From the human T2T-CHM13v2.0 reference genome, Homo sapiens: 64,000 nt of DNA. The position numbers were made by a program, and so were the translations under genes. The notes under the pieces were generated by a model. That model was not told the origin of the DNA. It did no database searches and saw only the letters and a program-made list of their open reading frames with translations. Below, piece by piece: positions 27,838 through 39,085 of this stretch. Position 1 is the first letter of the stretch. Each line of letters opens with the position of its first letter. The stretch lies in the NCBI RefSeq assembly GCF_009914755.1, contig NC_060932.1; one strand, 5' to 3'.

Positions 27838-29055
27838 CTCCATCACTTCCTTCCAAGAATTCTGTGGAAGATAAAATTATTACAACTTGAATCAAACATC
27901 TATCATACTGAAATAATAGTGTCCCAAGGCAGCAACATCTCTATACAATGTAGAATGGGCAGACCACACCCTCTAGAAGCTTCACCTCTCACAAAGGGTT
28001 ATCATTCACAACCTTGTACAACAATTTGGTGCCATCCAGCAGGAAATATATCAGGAGTTATTTCAGCAGTTTACAGGCAATATTGTCAGATTTGTTAATA
28101 TGCTAAACTCTGCATTTAAAGGGACCATGTTGCACTGCCAAACAGTTTTCTTTTCTTTCTTTTTATACTTCACATCTCAAAATCTAGTTTTCCAATAAGT
28201 CCATATAAATTAGAGGTCAGAAGCATCCAGTTCAATGGGTCATTTGAGATGATTAATAAGTATCATCGTAACTCTGTGTTCATGGCACTGTTCTAGGTGC
28301 TGGATGTGAGATCAGATTGGGCATACCTGGAATGGAGGCAAAGTATTAGGCCAAAAAACACAAATAAAATATAAATTTGGCTGGTGATAACAGAAAGCTG
28401 GAAAAGACTTTGACACATGACTAATCGTCAACGAGTTCTGCAGATGTTCAAGTGCTGAGTTCAGAAGAATGACGTTACTGGTCTCCACCCGTCCTTTCCC
28501 CTCAGCCTCCAGGACAGCCCAGAATATGTCCTAGTACTTAGGACATGTGTTCATGGTTCACTACATAAGCTGCCTTTCTCCACACCCCTGAGAACTTCTG
28601 TTTCCAGAAGGGAAGGAAAAGGGACAACCTTACAGATTTGATGATTAAGGGGAAGGTGTGAGATCTGAGAAACCACCCTCAAGGTGAGCAAAGGGATAGA
28701 TGACCTAAACTACTAGAAATCACCATTTTCCAAACAATTTCTAACACAAATGCCACCTTTGGATAAATTAGGGAAACAAGTCATTCTGATTGTAACTTTA
28801 AAATAGAAAGCTCTTTGCATCTATTTAATTGACGATCAGCTTTCCTAGCTATAGTCCGTAAATCCACAGGCCAATGGAACCTGGGGAATCCTTCAAACAC
28901 ATAAACAAGGTGCTTTGGCATCTCAGCCTCTTGATGATGAAGACTGAAGAATCTCTCTCTCTCTCTCCCCCTTTCCTCTTTCCTTTCTCTGTTTTCTCTT
29001 TCTTTTATCCTTCATGAGTGCAAGACTTTGGGTACTAGAAAGTTACACCAAATTC

Positions 29056-29375
<320 letters not shown>

Positions 29376-29615
29376 AGAAAGTTATACCAAATTCACAAAG
29401 GAAAAAGTTAGAAGAAATGAAATAAAATACAGCTGGTTATCTCAAAATCTCTCAAAGGAGACATTTCTACATAAATCTCCCATGTTGCTTCCAAGTAGCC
29501 AGCCTCTCCATCCCAGATTCTTGGGAAAGCCAGGTAGATGGACTGATAAAGAGAGAGTCATGTGAATCTATGATTGGAGGCTGCATGTGAGCATTTCTCA
29601 TTTAAACAGTATGTT

Positions 29616-29928
29616 GGCTGGGCATGGTGGCTCACGCCTGTAATCCCAACATTTTGGGAGGCCAAGCAGGCAGATCACTTGAGGTCAGAAGTTCGAGACC
29701 AGCTTGGCCAACATGGTGAAACCCTGTCTCTACTTAAAAAAAAAAAAAAAAAATTACCCGGGCATGGTGGTGGGCGCCTGTAATCTCAGCTAGTTGGGAG
29801 GCTGAGACAGGAGAATCACTCAAACCCATGAAGCAGAGGTTTCAGTGAGCTGAGATCGCACCACTGCACTCCAGCCTGGGCGACAGAGTGAGACTCTGCC
29901 TCAAAAAAAAAAAAAAAAAAAAAAAAAA
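29616..29928 (+). mobile_element. AluSx/Sz
   Basis: Full dimer; TSD agtatgtt on both sides. Confidence 0.95.
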
Positions 29929-30429
29929 GAGTATGTTAAAGATGCATACCCTGATCTTTCCCAACTTGTCAACCAGAAGTCTTAGACAAATCACATATAT
30001 TGGCCTCTTAAACAGAACAGAAAACCAGGACTTCCTAACAAAATAAATTCCTTCTAAACTAAAGTTAACTCTCCTATAATTTCCTAAGGAACATTTATTG
30101 CTATTTTTACCCTTATCGTCAGTATTGTCATCATCAACATCTATGTGTCTGTATCCCCAACAAATGATGAAGAGAGGTAAGAAAAGAGATCTGGGTAAAG
30201 GTGTCAATCCTGAGTTCTAGTGTCTGTTACTCAAGTTTAAAGTCATTTGAACGCTCCAGGCATTGGTTTCATCATCTCTAAAAGGGTTGGACAAGCTCTT
30301 CTATATCCTTTCTAGACTTAACTTTGTTAAGTCTAAAATTCTAATTAAAACATTATCCAAGGACAAAATCTATCCACTTGGGCAGAGCTGATTATGGAGA
30401 AATTGATCTAGAGACAAATTCTTAAACAA

Positions 30430-30760
30430 TAAGAGGATATTGTTAGTCTTACTTTACAGATGAAAAAACTGAAGTACTGAATGGTTAAATTACTACTTTT
30501 CCCAGGTCAATAAATTTATGAGTAGTAGGGTCAGTAACCAAACCCTGATATGGATTAGCAGAGCCTGTGGAGTCAAGTCTGGACCTTAGTTTGCTGTGAG
30601 ACTTTGGGCAAGTTGCCTAAGGTCTCTGAACACTGATATTCTCATCAATATAAATGGGAATAATATAATACCTACATCTCAGGATTGTCATGACTTAACA
30701 CATGAAAAATAACTGGTTAGTGCTTGATACGTAGTAGGGGATCAGAAAGTGCTAGTTTCT
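30430..30760. mobile_element. Two MIR fragments in opposite orientation
   Basis: ttacagatgaaaaaactgaag (minus) then gctgtgagactttgggcaagttgcctaa...aaatgggaataata (plus). Confidence 0.6.
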
Positions 30761-31131
30761 TTTCTTAGCCACACCATGCTGCCCATGGTATGCCAAAGGG
30801 AAGGTGGTAAGGATTTGATCTAACACTGAGTAGTCGGTAGCAACCTTTGTTAGTCATAGCATCTAGTTGAGTGGGTTTTAATCTCTGTGTCCTACTGCCC
30901 TCTTCTGGATATTAAATATCAGATCTGCTTGTGAATTCAGTTTATTGGTCCTATCTAATTGAGCAAACTCTGGACGTGACTCAGTAATGCCTACTTCAGA
31001 GAGGCAAAGGGGGCAATTAGTGAATGCAACAAGTAGACATTTACAACAGAACCAAAAGCTAGAAATGATAAAGTGATTACTAACTGCCATATTTATCTAG
31101 TAGGTCTAAGCTATTAGGAAGTGGCTTAAAG

Positions 31132-31628
31132 CAGCTGTCCCCAACCATTTTGGCACCAGGGACCAGTATCATGGAAGACAATTTTTCCATGGACTGGGGC
31201 GGGGAGAGTAGGGGGTGGTTGGAGTGGCAGATGGTTTCTGGATGATTCAAGTGCATTGCATTTATTGTGTACTTTATTTCTATTATTATTGCACTGTAAT
31301 ATTTAATGAAATAATTATACACCTCATCATAATGTAGAATCAGTGGGACCCCTGAGCTTGTTTTCCTACAACTAGATGGTCCCATTTGGGAGTGATGGAA
31401 GACAGTGACAGATCATCAGGCATTAGATTCTCATAAGGAGTGTGCAACCTGGATCCCTCACATGTGCAGTTCACAATACGGTTCACACTCCTATGATAAT
31501 CTAATGCTCCCACTGATCTGACAGGAGGCAGAGCTCATGCGTAATGCTCTCTCACGCATGACTCACCTCCAGTTGTGCAGCCTGGTTCCTACCGGAGCTG
31601 GTCTATGGCCCAGGGGTTGGGGCCCCTA
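31132..31628 (+). mobile_element. MER1A (hAT-Charlie non-autonomous DNA transposon)
   Basis: TIRs cagctgtccccaacc / ggttggggccccta; internal aggcattagattctcataaggag; 8-bp TSD gcttaaag/gtttaaag. Confidence 0.92.
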
Positions 31629-32230
31629 GTTTAAAGTACAGTTCCTTTCATGGGTGTTCTGGGTAATCTAACACCAATTGACAGTTAAAAATTAGTCACA
31701 AATACAAATACTGACTAAACATGTAGATACACAGATAACAATAACCAAAAAAAAAAACACTTTATGGTGGACTTGGAAAGGGATCCTAACCTATTTGAGG
31801 TTAGTCACATCTCCTAGACTATCTCTCTAGTAATTCAATTTTAGCACATATTTTTCTCCAAGCTCTTAAACCATTAATTGCATTTATTCACAAAAATAGA
31901 ATCCACCTGTTTCTAATTCATTTACACCTTTTGTAACAAACTGCTGTTTTGTACCAAGTTGATGTCCAAAAAGCCAAAGATATCCTTATGAGTGTTAAGA
32001 TGGTTAGAAGTTTTTCTTAGGGTAAACCTGGTGAAATGTACTAAATGAATTATAAAATATTTAAGATCCAAGTAGCAGGCATATTAAATAATATATGGAC
32101 ATTTGAAATATTAGAGAGTAACATTTACTTCAGGCAAAGAGTGAAATTCAAATTTTCATCTAAAAATTAATAGAAAAGAGATAACCTGTTGTATTACCTT
32201 ATGATTCACCAAAGGTATAAATATATGGGT

Positions 32231-32516
32231 GGCCAGGCGCAGTGGTTCACTCCTGTAATCCCAGCACACTGGGAGGCTGAGGCAGGTAGATCACTTGAGG
32301 TCAGGAGTTTGAAACCAGCCTGGCCAACATGGTGAAACCCCATCTTTAGTAAAATACAAAAATTAGCTGGGCATGGTGGTGGGCACATATAATCCCAGCT
32401 ACTCAGGAGGCTGAGGAGAAGAATCACTTGAGCCTGGGTGGTGGAGGTTGCAGTTAGCCAAGATTGCACCACTGCACTCCGGCCTGGATGACAGAAGGAG
32501 ACTGTCTCAAAAAAAA
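32231..32516 (+). mobile_element. AluSx-like
   Basis: Full dimer; TSD-like atatgggt/atgtgggt. Confidence 0.93.
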
Positions 32517-33236
32517 GATGTGGGTGATTTAAATTTTATTTTTGAGAAAAATCTGGACAACTAGACAATATCTTAGACTTTTCAACACTTGAGATTAATT
32601 TTTAAGTTGGTTATGCTCAATATAATTACAACTTTAGGAAAAAATGAGTAACTCTTGGATTACAATAGATGAATACATTAGTGAGTGGATGAAAGGATAA
32701 GTAGTTCAACAGAAGAAATACCCTTAGAGTTTAAAAAATTCAATATATTTTTTTCATTGCTCCTAGGATCCATACATTTCTAACATAAATTATTTTTCCC
32801 TAGTACTTAAAACACTTGTTTTATGATCCATACCATATAATTGGAGATTTATATTTCTTTAAAAGCAAGATACTTATAAGGAAAGATTTTGTTAAGTCAA
32901 ACTACATTTGAAATGCACTAAAGAGAAATTATAAACATTCTGAAAATAAATTCTTTTATGAAGTAAAGAATGATTTTTATGTGTATAATGATAAAATTAT
33001 TTTTGTTTTATAAATCTCTATTATCGCACAATGAGTTTCTTAAAGCAGAATTTGCAAAGCAGTATTATTTATTAGAAAACACCAAGAACTGCCCTTGTTT
33101 AAACTTTAGGTTCATAGGTGAGAAATAATGTTCCCAACATCACCCAGCAAAGGAGGGATGGAGCAGGAGCCAACCTCAGGACTGCAAGATACTAGATACC
33201 TGCTGTTTCCTTCAGGAACACATGCACACCCTCAAG

Positions 33237-33294
33237 CACACACACACACACACAGACACACACACACAGACACACACACACAGACACACACACA
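33237..33294. repeat. (CA)n compound microsatellite
   Basis: CA repeats interrupted by GA. Confidence 0.9.
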
Positions 33295-33399
33295 GTTCAT
33301 ATGCCCATGCATTCATTCAGCAAGCACTAATGCCCTACAATCAAGACCCAGTTCAAAAACCATCTTCTTAAAAGATCCCCAACGTACCCCCACAGAAGG

Positions 33400-33610
33400 A
33401 ACGTCCTGTCTCTGCTTCCTGTTGACTTGTTCATTCTTCTATTATAGCCTTTATTACATGATATTATAATTATTATTTATATGTGTGTCATTTATCTGGA
33501 CTATGAACTCAACAAAAGGTTAGCTTCTGTGTCTCATTCATATTTTTATTCCCAGCACCTAACCTGATGCCTGGAACATAGTAGATATTTCAACAAATAT
33601 TACTGCGAAT
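33400..33610 (+). mobile_element. L2 3' end
   Basis: attcccagcacctaacctgatgcctggaacatagtagatatttcaacaaatatt. Confidence 0.65.
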
Positions 33611-34203
33611 ATGGAGAATTTATCTGAAATTCTGTGATTAGTTTCTCTGTGTGTCAGATACTAAATTTCTGAGTCAGCTGACCTCTACAGCACTTCTCTG
33701 CCCACAGACAGCAGTCATCTCCCAGTTAATTCAGTAGTAGTGAGTTTTCAGGCAAAAATGCTATTCAATATCTGCCTTGGGAACAACTTGGTGGGAATTA
33801 AAATATCAAATGGAGATGTGAATAGATAACCCCTAAGGCTTCTTCCAAACATGGTCTCCTATAATTCTAATGGGAGATGGCTCTTTTCTTGCTTTCTTAT
33901 TCACCCTCTTCTTACTTTGTAAGAGCTGCTGAAGCAATGATACTCAATTCCTGAATACCTGGGATGTTTTGCAAATACAAAACTAGAAAAGCTCAGCTGG
34001 ACTAGTAAGGTGGATCCTGACCCTATAAATCATCCAGGGTATTTGGTTAGACTATCTCCACTCTCTGGGCACCTCCTAAGTTCTAAGGCTATTCATTACT
34101 TCTTACTGATTTTGACTCATATGTCCTATCACATTTTCCAGCTGGGGCCTGTTCTCTGTCACTTGTATCGGCATTTCCTTGAGCACTGACTCTACCACCA
34201 GTA

Positions 34204-34922
34204 TTTTTTTCTTAACTTTTAAGTTCAGGGGTACATGTGCAGGTTTGTTATATAGGTAACTCATGTCACAGGGGTTTGAAGTACAGATTATTTCATCACC
34301 CAGGTACTAGGCCTAGTACACAATAAATATTTTTTTTTCTGAACCTCTCCCTCCTCCCACCGTCCACCCTCAAGTGGGCCCCAACATCTGTTGTTCTCTT
34401 TTTTGTGGTCATATGTCATCATTTAGCTCTCACTTATAAGTGAGAATATGCAGCATTTGGTTTTCTCTTCCTACATTAGTTTGGTAAGGATAATGGCCTG
34501 CAGCTCCATCCATGTTCTTGACAAGGACATGAGCTCATTCATTTTTATGGCTGCATAGTATTCCAAGGTTTATATGTACCACATTTTCTTTATCCCATCT
34601 GCCATTGATGTGCATTTAGGTTGATTTCATGTCTTTGCTATTACAAACAGTGCTGCAATTAACATACAAATGTGTGTGTCTTTATGGTAGAATAATTTAT
34701 ATTTCTTTGAGTATACACCCAGTAATGGGATTGCCAAGTCTAATGGTAGTCCATTTTTAGCTCTTTGAGTAACTGCCATACTGCTTTCCACAATGGTTGA
34801 ACTAATTTACACTCCCACCAACAGTGTAAAAACATTCCTTTTTCTCCACCTTGCCAGCATCTGTTATTTTTTGACTTTTTAATAATGGCCATTCTGACTG
34901 GTATAAGATGGTATTTCATTGT
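34204..34922 (-). mobile_element. 5'-truncated L1 3' end (older L1PA, PA13-16-like)
   Basis: aagttcaggggtacatgtgcaggtttgtta...cacttataagtgagaatatgcag...actcccaccaacagtgta...ggccattctgactgg. Confidence 0.9.
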
Positions 34923-34959
34923 CTCCCACCAGATTTAATTACAGCTGACACAAACACTA

Positions 34960-35310
34960 CTATGTAAAAGGATTGTACTGGACACTTTACATCTATTTTC
35001 ATTATCCTCCTGAGAGCATAATTTTGATTCCCATGTTAAAGAACCACATAGAAACTGAGTAACCTGCCCAATTGCTGCCATTAGAAAGTAGTGGAGCCAC
35101 AGCTGAAACCCATGTCCTTCCCACTCCAGGGTGTATGTGCTTAACCACTAAAGTACTGCTTCTCAAACTTTGCTGTACATACGAATTATCTGGGAGTCAT
35201 GATTAAAAGCTGATCCTGATTCAGTCGAACTGGGGAGGGATCTGAAATTCTGCATTTCTAACAAGCTTCTGGAATCAGAGATCTGCTAGTCCTCTGATTA
35301 CTCTGAGTAG
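34960..35310. mobile_element. MIR fragment followed by a MER5-like fragment
   Basis: gaaactgagtaacctgccca (MIR); cttctcaaacttt...ctgattcagt...tctgcatttctaacaagct (MER5). Confidence 0.6.
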
Positions 35311-36251
35311 CTAGGCATTATGCCATCCACCCTTCCTAAATTCTTCCTTGCCTTCAAACTTTGAATAGTTAGTTCTTCTTAGCTCCACCCCTGATTTGGA
35401 AACAATCAAAAAAACAATAGGAAAGCATGAGGGGGTGAGGTAACTACTCCTGGCACATGCATTGTAACTCATGCAGTTACCTACCCAACAGCTAACCAGC
35501 ACCATGACTGACCACACAGCAGCCAGGTACAGTGAGGTACATGCAAGTACCTTCACTCCACTGGAGAATAGAAAGACAGTCTTATAACTTATTTTCTCTC
35601 TGACCTAAACCCACCAGAATTTAAATTTAACTGTCAAAAGCAAATAAATAAATCATGCATTGAGCTATTGAACAATACATTATCCATAAACAGCTATATT
35701 TTAAAGCAAGATACTAAAATGTAAGGGCTTTTTTTGAACTAAACAAGAATACTGACACCAAAGTAAGATCAAGACAAGCAAATTTAATGACTTAATTTTA
35801 CACGATATAAAATCATTCCAGTTGAATAACTTTTAATTCATTATAATGCATATATGCCAATTATGCCTGATTTATTAAGAGTAGTTCAGCAGTGCTAGGT
35901 CCTGATATATCACACTGGTTGCCATGACATCAAGCCTTTACAAGGACATCTTAAGGATCATGAAAGTGTCAAGGTGATAAGTTTGACACTGCATGGGTTT
36001 AATGATAGATGACAATACTGTTGCATTGTTGTGCCAAAGAACACACCTCAGACACAAGGTAGAAGAATAAAGGTTTTATACATAAGCAGCCTCTTTTTTT
36101 ATTGAAGATTGTTTAAAAGCAGCCAGAAGAAACGGGTGTCATTTACATACAGGATTATTTGTTTGTGTGCATGTATATGTATATGTGTATGTGACTGTAT
36201 ATACACAGTCACATACACATATACATATACATGCACACAAACAAATAATCC

Positions 36252-36297
36252 TGTGTGTGTGTGTGTGTGTGTGTATACACACACACACACACACACA
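36252..36297. repeat. (TG)11-TATA-(CA)10 palindromic microsatellite
   Basis: Read directly; abuts the Tigger3 terminus. Confidence 0.95.
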
Positions 36298-38692
36298 GTC
36301 ATGTGTCACTTAACAACAGGGATATGTTCTGAGAAAGGTATTGGTAGGCAATTTCATCATTGTTCAAACATCATAGAGTGTACTTACACAAACCTCAGTG
36401 GTACAGCCTACTACACAGTTAGGCTATATGTTATAGCCTATGGCTCCTAGGCTACAAACCTGTATAGCATGTTACTGTGCTGAGTACTGTAGGCAGTTGT
36501 AACACAATGGTAAGTATTTGTGTATCTAAACATACATAAACATAGAAAAGATAAAGTATATTATAAAAGATAAAAAAAATGGTACATCTGCGTAGGGGGC
36601 ATTTACCATGAATGGAGGTTGCAGAATTGGAAGTTGCTCTGGGTGGACAGTGAGTGAGTGGTGAGTGACTATGAAGGCCTGGGACATTACAGTAAACTGC
36701 TGTGGACTTTATAAACACTGTACACTTAGGCTACACTAAATGTATTTTTTAATACATTTAGAGAACAGAGGCCTCAGAAATAACACCACACATCTACAAC
36801 CATCTGATCTTTGACAAACCTGACAAAAACAAGAAATGGGGAAAGGATTCCTTATATAGTAGATGGTGTTGGGAAAACTGGCTAGCCATATGTAGAAAAC
36901 TGAAACTGGACTCTTTCCTTAAAACTTACAGAAAAATTAACTCAAGATGGATTAAAGATTTAAACATAAGACTTAAAACCATAAAAAACCCTAGAAGAAA
37001 ACCTAGGCAATACCATTCAGGACATAGGCATGGGCAAAGACTTCATGACTAAAACACCAAAAGCAGTGGCAACAAAAGCCAAAATTGACAAATGGGATCT
37101 AATTACACTAAAGAGCTTCTGCACAGCAAAATAAATTATCATCAGAGTGAACAGGCAACCTACAGAATAGGAGAAAATTTTTGCAATCTATCTATCTGAC
37201 AAAGGTCTAATATCCAGAATCTACAAGGAATTTAAATAAATTTACAAGAAAAAAACAACCCTATCAAGAAGTGGGTGAAGGATATGAATAGACACTTTTC
37301 AAAAGAAGACATTTATGCAGCCAACAAACATATGAAAAAAAGCTCATCATCACTGGTCATTAGAGAAATGCAAATCAAAACCACAATGAGATACCGTCTC
37401 ACACCAGTTAGAATGGTGATCATTAAAAAGTCAGGAACAACAGATGCTGGAGAGGCTGTGGAGAAATAGGAATGCTTTTACACTGTTGGTGGGACTGTAA
37501 ACTAGTTCAACCATTGTGGAAGACAGTGTGGCGATTCCTCAAGGATCTAGAATTGGAAATACCATTTGTCCCAGCAATCCCATTACTGGGTATATACCCA
37601 AAGGATTATAAATCATTCTACTATAAAGACATATGCACATGTATGTTTATTGCATCATTGTTCACAATAGCAAGGACTTGGAGCCAACTCAAATGCCAAT
37701 CAATGATAGACTGGATAAAGAAAATGTGGCACATATACACCATGGAATACTATGCAGCTATAACAAAGAATGAGTTCATGTCCTTTGCAGGGATGTGGAT
37801 GAAGCTGGAAACCATCATTCTCAGCAAACTAACACAGGAACAGAAAACCAAACACCACATATTATCACTCATAAGTGGGAGTTGAACAATGAGAACATAT
37901 GGGCACAGGGAACAAACATGCAGGTAACAAACATGCAGGTGACAAACCTGCATGTTCTGCACACGTATCCCAGAACTTAAAGTATAATAATAAATATATA
38001 TTTTTTTCAACAACAAATTAGCTTATTTAACACTTAGGTTAAAACACATACACATTGTAAAGCTATACAAAAATAGTTTCTTTCTTTATATCTTTATCCT
38101 ATGAGCTTTTTTCTAGCTTAAAATTTTTATTTTTTACTTTTTAAATTTTTTGTTAAAAACTATGACACAAATACACACATTAGCTGAGGCCTACACAGGG
38201 TCAGGATCATCATTGTCACTGTCTTCCACCTCCACATCTTGTCCCACTAGAAGGTATTCAGGGGAAATACACACTGAGCTGCCATCGCCTATGGTAACAG
38301 TGCCTTCCTCTGGAATGCCTCCTGAAGAACCTGCCTGAGGCTGTTTTACAATTAACTTTTTCAATAAGTAGAAGGAGTACACTCTTCAATAATGATTGAA
38401 AGAACAGTATAGTAAGTATGTAAACTAGTAACATGGTCTTTTATGATCCTTATCAAGTATTATGTACTGTACGTAATTGTATGTGCTATACTTTTACATG
38501 GTTGGCAGCTCAGTAGGTTTGTTTACATCTGCATCACCACAAACATGTAAGTAATGCATTGGTTTACAACTTTACAAATGGCTGGGACATCAGTAAAAAA
38601 TAGGAATCCTTCAGCTCTATTATAATTTTATGGGACCATCATCATACATATAATCCATCACTGATAGAAATGCCATTTTGCAGTGCATGAAT
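36296..38692. mobile_element. Tigger3b-like (TcMar-Tigger) DNA transposon, split by an L1
   Basis: Ends cagtcatgtgtcacttaacaacagggatatgttctgagaaa... and ...tgggaccatc...cagtgcatga; internal cctaggctacaaacctgta. Confidence 0.88.
36760..37995 (+). mobile_element. 5'-truncated L1 (L1PA7/8-like) inserted in Tigger3b
   Basis: ORF2 C-terminal frames (37275-37885) and 3' end ctgcacacgtatcccagaacttaaagtataat; G-rich part of the 3'UTR missing. Confidence 0.93.
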
Positions 38693-38784
38693 ATATATAT
38701 ATATACATAAACACACAGACATATACACACACATATTCTTATATCACATATACAAATATACTATATTCAATTAAAAAATGAATC

Positions 38785-39085
38785 CTGGGAGAGGGATGAA
38801 TATGTTAGGCATGGATATTGATAAGGCAGTAAAACTATTCTGTTTGTTAGTGTAATGGTAGATACATGACATTATGCATTCGCCAAAACTCATAGAATGG
38901 TACAACACAAAGAGTGTAACTTAATGTAACTATGGCCTTTACAATGTATCAATATTTCTTTACTAATTATAATAAACGTACCACATTAATACAAGGGAAC
39001 TGGGAGGTGAGGAGGCGGAGAGAGAATCTCTCAATTTTTCTATAAATCTATTTTTCTATAAATCTGAAACTGGCCTAAAAATAAA
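38785..39085 (+). mobile_element. L1MC-like 3' fragment
   Basis: ggcagtaaaactattctgt...gtaatggtagatacatgacattatgcattcgccaaaactcatagaa. Confidence 0.7.

Noticed and set aside
30313-30335. 10-bp inverted repeat tagacttaac-ttt-gttaagtcta
   Set aside because: Real but short; no context suggesting function
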